A stretch of 64,000 nt of DNA, from positions 1 through 64,000 of the IMG/VR virus record IMGVR_UViG_3300042997_000757; one strand, 5' to 3'. The translations under genes and the position numbers were made by a program. The notes beneath the pieces were generated by a model. It was not told the origin of the DNA, searched no databases, and saw only the letters and a list, made by a program, of their open reading frames with translations. Origin of the DNA: a virus (taxonomy: Duplodnaviria; Caudoviricetes). Shown here piece by piece: positions 27,481 through 36,750 of this stretch (its first letter is position 1; each line of letters opens with the position of its first letter).

Positions 27481-27675
27481 TCACAAGTCAACACTCCGTT
27501 GGTCTATATCTGCTAACTGCAAGGTTCGCAGGTGTAGGGCAACGGAGTTGTTTGCATCTTCTAGGACGTCCAGCACCACACGGAGAGACTGCTCCAGTTT
27601 GATGCGCATGGACTCTAACTCTTCTTGAAGTTTTGTTACCTCTTCTTGAAGTTCTGCATTAGTTTTTCTAGACAT
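27481..27675 (-). CDS. Small coiled-coil protein
   Basis: Overlaps previous gene in operon. Confidence 0.55.
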   Translation of the reverse strand: MSRKTNAELQEEVTKLQEELESMRIKLEQSLRVVLDVLEDANNSVALHLRTLQLADIDQRSVDL

Positions 27676-27985
27676 CTTGGCGCTCTACGCAGTCCCAACC
27701 ACAGGCTCCGTATCCAATGGCGTCAACCCAGTGGTCACGCTTCTCAGGAGACCACGTCAACCGAGATACTTTTAACAGCATCATCATTGCGGCTACATCA
27801 TGTGGCTTTAATTCATAGTTCTGTCGTCGGTCAAAGATACGACGGATGTAGGTAGTCCACATCTCCGCTGTGGTGGCGAAGTCGTCTATGGGGTCACCGT
27901 AAGTGTCGTTGCGATCACCGTTGACAAGACTGTCTGCCTCGGTGAGAACATCAGTGCGGTTGTTTACTTGTTCTGTTTCTCTCAT
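27668..27985 (-). CDS. DUF6378-like protein
   Basis: GDRNDTYGDP..F..W..DVAAMM.LLKVSR..DHWVD.IGY. Confidence 0.8.
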   Translation of the reverse strand: MRETEQVNNRTDVLTEADSLVNGDRNDTYGDPIDDFATTAEMWTTYIRRIFDRRQNYELKPHDVAAMMMLLKVSRLTWSPEKRDHWVDAIGYGACGWDCVERQDV

Positions 27986-28662
27986 TGCAACTCTTTGGGG
28001 TAGTGGGTGGTGACCAAGAAAGATGGTGGCTGGGTGTAGTCCCTGTTGTCTAGGAGGCTAGGTTTTCTTGGCTTGGTGCCAATAGAGAGTTTCTCCATAC
28101 CGTGGTACTCGTTGTGGATCTCGACAGCACGAGCAAACCCCAACAGGTCAGGAACACGCCTTCCAGCAAAACCTTTATTCCATTCTTGTGTTCGGATAAA
28201 TGCCTTGACTCCTACGTCCTCGTAGTCTCGGTAGTACTTGGGGTAGTCATCAATAGCCGCCCCTTCATCACGTACGTAAGTTTCCAAAATTACTTTCTCG
28301 TCACCAAAGTGCAGGCTGTCAGGAATGAACCCAAAGCCTTCTATCCAGTCAAGCGTTTGCTTGTAGGCGTATGGTTCTCGGTGAGTCATGATATGTATGC
28401 GCAGATCCATGGTGCGCAACTTTGCCCAACCTTCAACAGAGTTATGGTATGGAAACTGTGAATTGAAGAGGTCGACTTCTTGTGTGGCTTCTTCTACCCA
28501 TACTTCAAAGGTCTCTTTGTCCAATCCCCAGTCTTCGTAGAAAAGCCAAGAAGATGGGTATGGCAAGTCTGTCCTGCCGAGACGTGCGGAGCAGTAGTTA
28601 CGAAATGCATGAACGAAGTCGTAAAGGACGCCGTCCATGTCAATACCAACATCGGTAATCAT
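27982..28662 (-). CDS. HAD 5'(3')-deoxyribonucleotidase-like protein
   Basis: IDMDGVLYD, IMTHR, IDDYP, EWN. Confidence 0.8.
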   Translation of the reverse strand: MITDVGIDMDGVLYDFVHAFRNYCSARLGRTDLPYPSSWLFYEDWGLDKETFEVWVEEATQEVDLFNSQFPYHNSVEGWAKLRTMDLRIHIMTHREPYAYKQTLDWIEGFGFIPDSLHFGDEKVILETYVRDEGAAIDDYPKYYRDYEDVGVKAFIRTQEWNKGFAGRRVPDLLGFARAVEIHNEYHGMEKLSIGTKPRKPSLLDNRDYTQPPSFLVTTHYPKELQ

Positions 28663-28898
28663 TTGTTTAGCGCTCCCACAATCTCTCGTGCTTCATGATG
28701 GTTGGCGCATAATGCAACGTAGTCGTAGTCAAGAGAGCCGAGGCGCACTGACCGCACAACTAGGTACGCACCATCAGGCATGCGCACAATCCCGTAGTCG
28801 CAATCGCTGTTGGCGATATCAATATTCTCAGACCCTTCTCGGTAGGTGTCTGTAGATATTGCACGGGCGTAAGCGCCCTTCATTTCATCAAAATCCAT
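28659..28898 (-). CDS. Hypothetical protein
   Basis: AAAGGAG RBS before MDFDEM. Confidence 0.55.
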   Translation of the reverse strand: MDFDEMKGAYARAISTDTYREGSENIDIANSDCDYGIVRMPDGAYLVVRSVRLGSLDYDYVALCANHHEAREIVGALNK

Positions 28899-28954
28899 TT
28901 GTGCTCCTTTAGTAAATCCTGTGAATTCTACGGGCACTTATTGACAACTGTCAA

Positions 28955-30388
28955 TCAATCACCCGATAAATCAATAATTTCTGCGTACAAGTTATTTGTG
29001 CCTTCTTCGCTGAGACCACCGTTGGGGAGCATGCGTGCTTGCTCTCCTGCCTTAGCGCCAAACAAACGAGACAGCACTCCCGACGATCCACGGGCTTCAA
29101 CCTCAAAGCGAACAAGGTCACGGTTATCAGAAATGTTCTTTAGTTTTTCTACCATGGTAAATACCCTGTCCATCTCTGTAGACAATGTGGTGTCGATGCC
29201 TTGACCTTCTAGTTCTTCAGCAAACCTAGCGAACATCACACGACCTACTTGCATCTCCACCATGGCTCTCATAGCAGCATTAAGTTGATCTTTGGTGCGG
29301 ATCTCAATAGGCAAAGAAAACGCACACTCAGAATTCTCTTGAAACTGCGGACAACGGCTTGCCAAGTAACAATGATTGCATTGACGTAATGGGTCTGCGT
29401 TGTAACGCAAAACGTTTACACGTTCAGGGTCAATTTCTATTGATTCTCCTGAGTTTTCTGCATCATGTGAACCAAAAGAAGTGATGGTTTCAACACCCAT
29501 AACTGGTAACAATGTTCTGTCACTTGGGTGCCGTTTCTCAGGGATGTTAGTAACAATGTTTGACCCCCTAGAAACCGGAGATAGCACATTATCGGTACCC
29601 CCCGAAATCATAATGTTTTGGACATCTTCAGAGTTAGAAAACTCTTGCTCGTCATCATCTTTCATAAGGTCATAGCCCCCAAAATTCTTTGTTTCCCATG
29701 CTTGCCATGACCTAATAGAAAGAAGTGCTACCGCATTTACTTCATCATCCATAACAGCGTCAAAGTTGATGCCAAGACGTGTGATGTCATTTCTGTGTCG
29801 CCGTCTAGCGCTCTCTTTTTGTTGTGCTGGGTATCGGTGAAGTGTGTGACCATCCCATACCTGTGTTTCTCCGTAACGGATGGCGCTAGACCATGAACCC
29901 ACTACAACAGACTCCCATGGCATCTTCTCGATGAGGTCGGGCTTAGAGGTCATCCCAATAAGTTGTGACTGCCAACGCAAGGCAATCTGACCAATGCGAG
30001 CCATGTTCTTTCCTGTGATCGCTTTATCACTGATGGCTACACGAGGATACTTTTGGCAGAGCCACGTTAAACGCTCAAGGTCTGACTCGTCATTCCAAAT
30101 GGGAACGTATTTCTCCCCCATCCATGCACCGTCATAGTCAGGGCGACCAATCACATAAGTCAAACTATCTATGTGATCACGCACAAAAGAATCGTAACGA
30201 GCAAGATCCTCGTCTCCTTCTGAGGTGTACAAAACTATTTCATTGTTCTGAAACACCTGTGTGAGATCAAGAACCTTTTTCTTGGGGATGGGAAAGTGGG
30301 TGAGGTTGATACCAAACCTCTCTACGCCAGCCCCAAGAAGGATTGAACGGTGTGAGCCTTTCTCGGCTCCGCCAAAGAAAACTTTCAC
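28955..30388 (-). CDS. Hypothetical protein; possible TGT/DpdA-like barrel plus C-terminal Cys cluster
   Basis: KVFFGGAE..; SWSSAIRYG; CNHC...CP...C; fold assignment is a guess. Confidence 0.45.
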   Translation of the reverse strand: MKVFFGGAEKGSHRSILLGAGVERFGINLTHFPIPKKKVLDLTQVFQNNEIVLYTSEGDEDLARYDSFVRDHIDSLTYVIGRPDYDGAWMGEKYVPIWNDESDLERLTWLCQKYPRVAISDKAITGKNMARIGQIALRWQSQLIGMTSKPDLIEKMPWESVVVGSWSSAIRYGETQVWDGHTLHRYPAQQKESARRRHRNDITRLGINFDAVMDDEVNAVALLSIRSWQAWETKNFGGYDLMKDDDEQEFSNSEDVQNIMISGGTDNVLSPVSRGSNIVTNIPEKRHPSDRTLLPVMGVETITSFGSHDAENSGESIEIDPERVNVLRYNADPLRQCNHCYLASRCPQFQENSECAFSLPIEIRTKDQLNAAMRAMVEMQVGRVMFARFAEELEGQGIDTTLSTEMDRVFTMVEKLKNISDNRDLVRFEVEARGSSGVLSRLFGAKAGEQARMLPNGGLSEEGTNNLYAEIIDLSGD

Positions 30389-30633
30389 TACCAGCCGTGT
30401 TTACGCCATTGAGAAGGAGAGTGCGATTCTTCTACTGCGTCTTGGTGCTCAGGGCTGTCATAAAGTCTGAGCATGTGCATGCAGGGCGCTTCGCCGTGCT
30501 CGTCAAACTCTTCGGCTTCTTCTTCTGACATGGGGAATCCGTCATGGGTTTCACAAATTGGAGGTCCGCACCATCCCTGTGTCATCCCAAAAAGCATCCA
30601 TTCAGTAAAAGTTGTTTCATCTGTGTATTCCAT
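30388..30633 (-). CDS. Small conserved hypothetical protein
   Basis: GWCGPPICETHDG..PCMH. Confidence 0.6.
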   Translation of the reverse strand: MEYTDETTFTEWMLFGMTQGWCGPPICETHDGFPMSEEEAEEFDEHGEAPCMHMLRLYDSPEHQDAVEESHSPSQWRKHGW

Positions 30634-30637
30634 GCCG

Positions 30638-31114
30638 TTAATCTTTCCATGCCCTTTCGGCTTTGGCAAGCGCTTGGGCATCAAGTTCTTTAGAAATTTC
30701 GCCCCAGCCTTTGATCCCTCGTGACTGTTGCCATTCGGGTCGGGCAATTTGTGGGATAGATACGAGGAGGGATGAGATCCCTTCATGGATGGTCTTGGCA
30801 ATCGTGGAGGGATCAATGTCGACGAACCAGTCGACTCTTCCATATCCTGCTTGGATAGAACGAATACGTTCCAGTTTGGCATCGGCATCTGTTTCATGGG
30901 TGATATCTAGCGATCCAGCCTTGAAGCCTTCACGCTTTAACCATTCCATCAATATTGGTGTTTTGTGTTTTTCTATCCCAGTTCCGAGAATGCATATGCG
31001 TCCTTGGTATTGTGTAAAAAACATGTTCCATAATTTCCGACTTTCTAATACGGGTTGACGAGCGCCGAGTTCATCCCCCGAGTGTGCGAGCACATCGAGA
31101 GCAATGACGATCAT
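30638..31114 (-). CDS. HAD-fold-like hypothetical protein
   Basis: MIVIALDVL..WFVDIDP. Confidence 0.5.
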   Translation of the reverse strand: MIVIALDVLAHSGDELGARQPVLESRKLWNMFFTQYQGRICILGTGIEKHKTPILMEWLKREGFKAGSLDITHETDADAKLERIRSIQAGYGRVDWFVDIDPSTIAKTIHEGISSLLVSIPQIARPEWQQSRGIKGWGEISKELDAQALAKAERAWKD

Positions 31115-31578
31115 TTGCCGTACATACCCATTGCGATTCGTTCTTGTTCTGCTACCCACGACCCCACAGGGCAGTACATGCAGAGGTATTGGCGCTTATC
31201 AGGTGCTACCCCAATTTTGCGACCGATTGTTTTACCTTCTGTGCACCAGTCAATGCAACCTTGTTTAGGACGATCATGTTTGCTGTAGCACTTCAGTGCA
31301 TCAACTTTTAACTCATCACGGAAGTCACGTATATAGACGTCTTGTTCTTTTAGTTCGTTTTTGAGCGCCGTTTCAATATCAAGTTTTTTAGCGGTCTCAG
31401 GATCAGTGCGGTAGATAAGTGCTTTGCAATTATCGGGGTCGGGAACTTGAGCATTATGACGATCACAGAGTTCAATCAACTCTTGGTCATACTCAGGAGG
31501 TCCGTCATACGGACGCATTTTGTACATGACTCCATGAGTCTTGCAAACTAATAAACGATCAAAGCCAGTTTCAGCCAT
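31111..31578 (-). CDS. Cys-rich hypothetical protein
   Basis: CKTH, C..H.RP..GCIDW, LCMYCP; AGGAG RBS. Confidence 0.7.
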   Translation of the reverse strand: MAETGFDRLLVCKTHGVMYKMRPYDGPPEYDQELIELCDRHNAQVPDPDNCKALIYRTDPETAKKLDIETALKNELKEQDVYIRDFRDELKVDALKCYSKHDRPKQGCIDWCTEGKTIGRKIGVAPDKRQYLCMYCPVGSWVAEQERIAMGMYGK

Positions 31579-31622
31579 TTGGTACTCCTAGTGTGTTTGT
31601 AGGAATACTAGCACTAATTAAA

Positions 31623-31841
31623 TTAGTGAAACATCCCATCGGGTGCATCTGCGAGGGAGGGGCGCTCCATGATGCTGTACATCTCTCCTGTGGGGAAAGG
31701 TGCCTTAAGTGACGCCATGCGGTAGGTGGCGTGTGTGGGATCAACGTCTCCACCACGGTCAGGGGTAAGAGACTTGAACATCCCGTCACGGGCGCCAAGC
31801 CTTAAATCATTGTTCATTGAGCGTGCGTCATTTACTGCCAT
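31623..31841 (-). CDS. Small hypothetical protein
   Basis: MAVNDARSMN..; in gene chain. Confidence 0.6.
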   Translation of the reverse strand: MAVNDARSMNNDLRLGARDGMFKSLTPDRGGDVDPTHATYRMASLKAPFPTGEMYSIMERPSLADAPDGMFH

Positions 31842-31861
31842 ATCAATCTCTATTCTATCAG

Positions 31862-32569
31862 TTAAGTGAATGGGTCAAAATTATCATCGAGCAACCCCGG
31901 CGCTGGAGGCTGGGGGGAATTAGAAGAGTTTCGTGAAGAGCCTCTACGACGTCCGAGTCTCTCTGTAACAGCCTCTTTAGCACGTCGTGCTCCTCTACCA
32001 GCCAAGTCCAAAGTGGCGTCTTTAGCAAGACCAAGACCTAAACCAGCGAGGCTTCCAGTGCCTTCGTCGTTTTCAACACGCCTTGCACGACGTGCAGTGC
32101 GCTCCATGCCTTTTCCTTGTAACCAGTCAGAGACTTGCTCATCAGGCTTAGTGTTTTCTTCCATACCCCAAATAGGGTCAGTGTTCGCTGTGTGGCTGTA
32201 GTCAGGGCTTAAAACATCTGTAGATGCTTTATAACTACCTTGGGGTAAAGAATCGTTACTCTTAACGTGTTGAAAAGGTTTAGGTTTAGGTTTGTCGTCT
32301 GAATCCTCGTCCTCGTCCTCCTTGGGACCAAGTTTTTTCATCATTTTGTTTATAGGGTTAAGGATAGAACCCTGTGTGTCTCGTTGCAGAACGGGTGGGC
32401 GACCACCAAAATTCTGTTGAACTCCTGCGTTAGGTGGTTGAAACCTATTTTGTGCAGGAGCCTGCCCACGGAAGATCTGTCCTTGTTTGTAAGGAACACT
32501 ACTTACACGAGTAAAACTGTTTTGTGTGTTTGATGACCCTGAAACATCAGAGTTGAAATTGTCAGGCAT
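31862..32569 (-). CDS. Low-complexity hypothetical protein
   Basis: Q/P/G/D-rich; TAATG coupling. Confidence 0.6.
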   Translation of the reverse strand: MPDNFNSDVSGSSNTQNSFTRVSSVPYKQGQIFRGQAPAQNRFQPPNAGVQQNFGGRPPVLQRDTQGSILNPINKMMKKLGPKEDEDEDSDDKPKPKPFQHVKSNDSLPQGSYKASTDVLSPDYSHTANTDPIWGMEENTKPDEQVSDWLQGKGMERTARRARRVENDEGTGSLAGLGLGLAKDATLDLAGRGARRAKEAVTERLGRRRGSSRNSSNSPQPPAPGLLDDNFDPFT

Positions 32570-32877
32570 TATGCTCCCAAACTTTGCATGGAGTAACGGC
32601 TAGAGCCTTCCCAACTATCATCCACAAAACCATTGCGAAACATCACTGGAGCGCCTGACAACCATGAGCGGTTTGTAGGAAAGTTGCGGTCGATAGTGAG
32701 TACATCCATAATGCTCAAACTTTGTTTAGAAAAACCGTGTCTTGGTGGCATCAATTGCTGTGGTGAAGATGGGCGAATATTCCTAATAGTCTCAGGGTCA
32801 GAAATAGCAGACATCAATGCTTGGTCAACAAGCATCTCTGAATGGTTCTGATTGGGCTTATAGGGATACTGAGGCAC
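32569..32877 (-). CDS. Hypothetical protein
   Basis: 102-aa ORF in chain. Confidence 0.6.
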   Translation of the reverse strand: MPQYPYKPNQNHSEMLVDQALMSAISDPETIRNIRPSSPQQLMPPRHGFSKQSLSIMDVLTIDRNFPTNRSWLSGAPVMFRNGFVDDSWEGSSRYSMQSLGA

Positions 32878-32880
32878 TAT

Positions 32881-33066
32881 TTAATCGTCGTACTTAGATG
32901 ATGAGTAACCATGGTTTTCAACAATTTCGGCAGGGTCTTTACCTTGGTATGACTCCTCCATATGTGAATTTTCACTATCTGCCAAACCTGCATTTTGGTT
33001 ATCCGTCCACCTACTGCGGTGTACTTTGCGATTGGGATGATGTGCGGTGTTTTCGCCTCTAGCCAT
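32881..33066 (-). CDS. Small protein with MARGENTAHHPNRKV leader
   Basis: AGAGGA RBS before ATG 33066. Confidence 0.65.
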   Translation of the reverse strand: MARGENTAHHPNRKVHRSRWTDNQNAGLADSENSHMEESYQGKDPAEIVENHGYSSSKYDD

Positions 33067-33304
33067 TAGTGAATATCCTCTTAAATCCAGCCCGATCAAG
33101 GGCGTTACCGATACCTTCAACAACATGACTGCTATCTGCAAGACCACTAGCAGGATCTACTCCAATATTGCCGTGGTAATTTACGGCAGATTGTAATCCT
33201 TGTGCCATTGCTTTACCCATATCAGAGCCAGTGCTGTCTTTTCCTCGCATAGGGATAATAGGGCGACGATTCGGGTGATGGCGAGTGTCTTCTCCACGAG
33301 GCAT
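33059..33304 (-). CDS. Small protein with MPRGEDTRHHPNRRP leader
   Basis: Variant of the repeated N-terminal peptide. Confidence 0.65.
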   Translation of the reverse strand: MPRGEDTRHHPNRRPIIPMRGKDSTGSDMGKAMAQGLQSAVNYHGNIGVDPASGLADSSHVVEGIGNALDRAGFKRIFTNG

Positions 33305-33306
33305 GA

Positions 33307-33636
33307 TTAATAGATCCGTTCTTTAGAAGAAGGTGTGTGTGGGTTCTTCTTACCTGAAGAGCCTGTTTTTTTATCATTAATCTTTTTAGAGTCAACTGGT
33401 TTAGCAATTACTTTTTTAGGCGTTGGCTTGTGCTTATCTTCTGGTGCCATTGTTTCTTTTGAATAATTCTTATCAGAATTTTTACGAGGAACAGACGGGA
33501 ACTCATACTTTGAAGTTTTCTCTTTAGGTTCGTTTTGCTTTTCTTTAGATTCTGTTTTTTTTGAATAATTTTTATCAGAATCTTTACGAGGGGCAGGACT
33601 CCACTCATTCTTTGAAGTTTTCTTTTTATGTTCCAT
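33307..33636 (-). CDS. Lys-rich protein with internal duplication
   Basis: KTSKxExxxxPRKxSDKNYSK twice; AAGGAG RBS. Confidence 0.65.
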   Translation of the reverse strand: MEHKKKTSKNEWSPAPRKDSDKNYSKKTESKEKQNEPKEKTSKYEFPSVPRKNSDKNYSKETMAPEDKHKPTPKKVIAKPVDSKKINDKKTGSSGKKNPHTPSSKERIY

Positions 33637-33644
33637 GACTCTCC

Positions 33645-33950
33645 TTACGAATCTTTCCGTGCAACTTGAATACGCTCCATGGTGGATTCTGCGTATTGAC
33701 CTTTTGCTTTTTTAGCGGTTTCTTTCAGGTGCTTAATACGCACCTGCTTACCATAATACGGTGATGAGTCATCATCATGGACAAGTTGATCCAATGGGAA
33801 TGACTCATGGTCACCTGTAGCCCAGTCCATACCTACTTGGTACCCTGTGGCATCTTTTGTCAAACTGTGGATATCGGTGTACCCATAGTTGTTACGATCT
33901 CGACCAACTTTGCGGTTGGGATGATGTGCGGTGTTTTCGCCTCTAGCCAT
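33645..33950 (-). CDS. Small protein with MARGENTAHHPNRKV leader
   Basis: GAAAGG RBS. Confidence 0.65.
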   Translation of the reverse strand: MARGENTAHHPNRKVGRDRNNYGYTDIHSLTKDATGYQVGMDWATGDHESFPLDQLVHDDDSSPYYGKQVRIKHLKETAKKAKGQYAESTMERIQVARKDS

Positions 33951-33967
33951 GATTAATCGCCTTTCAC

Positions 33968-34162
33968 TTAGCCTTGGTAACGACCATAGTCGTAGCCGTC
34001 AGTATATTCGGGAACATTAGTGCTTGGGTACACCAAAGGAAGTTGGTCATCCCGAGCAGACTCTAAGCCACTTTTAAAATGGTCTACACGATTAGGTTTA
34101 TTGGTCTGTTGAAACATCCGCTTAAAGTCTTCTTTTGCTTCGGAATAGCGATCTTTATCCAT
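33968..34162 (-). CDS. Small hypothetical protein (leaderless-type)
   Basis: TAAAAT 6 nt before ATG. Confidence 0.6.
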   Translation of the reverse strand: MDKDRYSEAKEDFKRMFQQTNKPNRVDHFKSGLESARDDQLPLVYPSTNVPEYTDGYDYGRYQG

Positions 34163-34178
34163 ACAAACATTTTACCAG

Positions 34179-34676
34179 TTATCGCCAACGTGGAGCGAGA
34201 GACTTAAGCATAGAACGACGTTCAGGGCTGATCTCCTGTGCATCTTCCCAACTAGTTTGAGGGCTAGGGATGCCTCGTGGACCGACTTTGCCATCATTGG
34301 TGAGGCGTACAGGTTCGGCTCCTACAGGGGCAAACTTTTTACCTTTTGCTTGAAGTTCAAGAGCAGTATAAAGATTGAACTCGTCAGGCCAAATGTAGTC
34401 TCCTGCGTTGATGCGTTCGCCTTTGTGCACACCACGGCTGTACTGCCGAGCGTTCATGCGACTTAACGTGCCAAGAACCTTGTCTTGACGCCTGTTAGAA
34501 GACATGGTGCCAAGGTAACCATCAGGGTACTGAGCATCAGGGCTGTTACGGTAGCCCGTAAGCATCTGATCTTTAGCGTTACGGAACACTGGAGAAGGAC
34601 CGTAGGTTACAGCGCTACCACCTTCTACGGCGGTGTTGTTACTCCATTGGTTAAAAGTTTGGGTTTGTTGACTCAT
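34179..34676 (-). CDS. Conserved hypothetical protein
   Basis: YPDGYLGT..RR..YSRGVHKGERI..Y.WP. Confidence 0.7.
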   Translation of the reverse strand: MSQQTQTFNQWSNNTAVEGGSAVTYGPSPVFRNAKDQMLTGYRNSPDAQYPDGYLGTMSSNRRQDKVLGTLSRMNARQYSRGVHKGERINAGDYIWPDEFNLYTALELQAKGKKFAPVGAEPVRLTNDGKVGPRGIPSPQTSWEDAQEISPERRSMLKSLAPRWR

Positions 34677-34831
34677 TAGCCCCAAGCACTTCCTGCGTTA
34701 CCTGAAGGAGACATAAGCCCACCCTGTCCACCACCTATGTTTGAGATAGGGCGCATTGATTGCTGAACAGCACGCTTGCGTGCATAGCGTTGCTGTGTGC
34801 GTGAGCGGTAAGGCTTACGTGTTGTCATTAA

Positions 34832-35251
34832 TTAATCAAAAATTGATGGTTGAGGGGCACCGATTCCACCACCTTCAGGCTTAATGCCTTTGCGAGCAGT
34901 TTTACGAGCGTTATGACGAGCACCCATTTTTGTTTTAAAACCAATGTTGCCAGTTGCAACGGTGCCTTCATCATAGTCAACAATGCTTGGATGATAACCT
35001 TTAGAAGATTTAATTGCACCAACCGCCATATTGCTACCTTGCGGAGCACCTAAACCCCTGTATGGTTTAGTATTTTCATTTTGATGGTTAAAACCTCGTG
35101 GGTTTTCGTGCAGTTGCTCCATTTTGTCACTGCCCCACTCAACAATAGGGACTCCATAAGCCTTAGACCTGTTGCTTCCAAACATGCTTCCACCACGACC
35201 ATGCTCATGGTGTGATCGATCATCGTCGTACTGCCCTCTATGCTTAATCAT
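34832..35251 (-). CDS. Gly-rich hypothetical protein
   Basis: GAGG RBS. Confidence 0.6.
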   Translation of the reverse strand: MIKHRGQYDDDRSHHEHGRGGSMFGSNRSKAYGVPIVEWGSDKMEQLHENPRGFNHQNENTKPYRGLGAPQGSNMAVGAIKSSKGYHPSIVDYDEGTVATGNIGFKTKMGARHNARKTARKGIKPEGGGIGAPQPSIFD

Positions 35252-35257
35252 CGTGCC

Positions 35258-35548
35258 TCACTTAAGTATTGGTCGGAAAGAAATAGCGGAAATAGTTTCT
35301 CCGTTTTCACCGACAATATCGTCAAAACCAATTATAAACGATAAATCGATGCCACGGGGAGCAACAAATCCACGGGAAATTGCTGCCGCTTTAGCGGCTT
35401 GGTTTACGGCAGATGCACCAATAGCACGCATTTTAGGCAATTGACCTTGGTTAATTGCACGAGCCATGATTGATCCAACTGACTGTGGGTTGCTAGACCC
35501 TGACACTTTTAAGACGTCGTCAATTGTAGTATTTAATTCTTGTGACAT
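35258..35548 (-). CDS. spoVS: Stage V sporulation protein S family (Alba-like)
   Basis: LKVS..SNP.SV..AIGASAVNQA.KA.AI.RGFVAP.GIDL. Confidence 0.9.
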   Translation of the reverse strand: MSQELNTTIDDVLKVSGSSNPQSVGSIMARAINQGQLPKMRAIGASAVNQAAKAAAISRGFVAPRGIDLSFIIGFDDIVGENGETISAISFRPILK

Positions 35549-35583
35549 TTAGGAACTCCTTGTAGAAAGATTGTCCCCTTATT

Positions 35584-35949
35584 TTACGAGTAATCGGCTT
35601 CCTGTAGTAGGTCAACTAGGTCGCCTAATCTCATCACAACGTACGTATCATCCAACGCTTTTTCGCCTTTACCAGCACGTTTGACGACTAAAACGGGAAG
35701 CGCCCCATTGAGGCGTTCAGCCTGCTCCACGGTGTCATTCAACCACTGGCTCAATTGAAACTGCTTTTGGTTCTTGCACTGTACGGCTACTTTTCGGAGG
35801 GTAGATCGACGAGCAAGACCATTGATGTCTCCCGTGTCATTACCCCCCGATAAAGCAGGGCGGTGGGCGTGTATAAAACCTTTAGAAATTAAATAGTCTC
35901 TGATGAGTACTTCAAAGGATGTTCCTTTGGCTTTTGCTTTGTTTCCCAT
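35584..35949 (-). CDS. Holliday-junction resolvase (PD-(D/E)xK)
   Basis: KAKGTSFE..DTGDI..VQCKN. Confidence 0.8.
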   Translation of the reverse strand: MGNKAKAKGTSFEVLIRDYLISKGFIHAHRPALSGGNDTGDINGLARRSTLRKVAVQCKNQKQFQLSQWLNDTVEQAERLNGALPVLVVKRAGKGEKALDDTYVVMRLGDLVDLLQEADYS

Positions 35950-36255
35950 TTTGCCTACTTTTAAGATGTTTCGTAATCGTAATCATCAAGTATTCTTTGA
36001 ACCCAATAAATAAGGTCGGTAACAACTTTACGTATTCCTTGAAAAGCAAAATAATAAATAGTAAATATGAAAAAACTGTTAAAAGACAACACTATCCCTA
36101 TCTACTTACTTTGTATGTAGCACCCGTAAAAGAAGTCAACTTATACCTAAGTTCTTCATTTTCTTTTTCTAACTCCTGACAGCGTTGTACCCAAAACTTG
36201 ATAACACGGCGTTGTTCTTGAATGGTTTCAGCCATCGACAGGTCTGGCATGTGGC

Positions 36256-36750
36256 TCATGGGTTGAACCTTGCGTTACGGCGCTCCTGTGGAGCAAGACC
36301 AATGCGACGGCTAAGTTCACGGCTTAACACTTGAGCGCCACGTTCACAACGTTCAAATACAGATTCAACTAGTTTGCGGTATGCCCGTGATTCCGAGTAG
36401 GCATTGCGAGCGTTAATAACTGACGTATCAACATCTCGTTTAGCCTTAGCAAGAGTTACGGTGTCACCTTTGGTCTTATCATTCCACTGACCAATGAGAG
36501 TCAATGACTCAGTGACACGCATGTCATTCTCTGCTCGTTCTTCTGCAATCTCCGCCTGTACGTACTCCGCTTTAGCGTAAGACACCCACGCCATAAACTC
36601 GTTATAGAGCGCCATCAATCTGCTGTCGGACAATTCGTCGAGAAGGGCGGGGATCGTTGGAATCTCCATCGGGGGTCGTGATGGTAGGTCGAACTTCTGC
36701 TTGAAATTTGTCATCACCTGATCCGTCGGACGACTTTGTACTACTCTCAT
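36256..36750 (-). CDS. Helical hypothetical protein (possible recombination mediator)
   Basis: Coiled coil ending LSRELSRR; next to exonuclease and RecA. Confidence 0.55.
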   Translation of the reverse strand: MRVVQSRPTDQVMTNFKQKFDLPSRPPMEIPTIPALLDELSDSRLMALYNEFMAWVSYAKAEYVQAEIAEERAENDMRVTESLTLIGQWNDKTKGDTVTLAKAKRDVDTSVINARNAYSESRAYRKLVESVFERCERGAQVLSRELSRRIGLAPQERRNARFNP

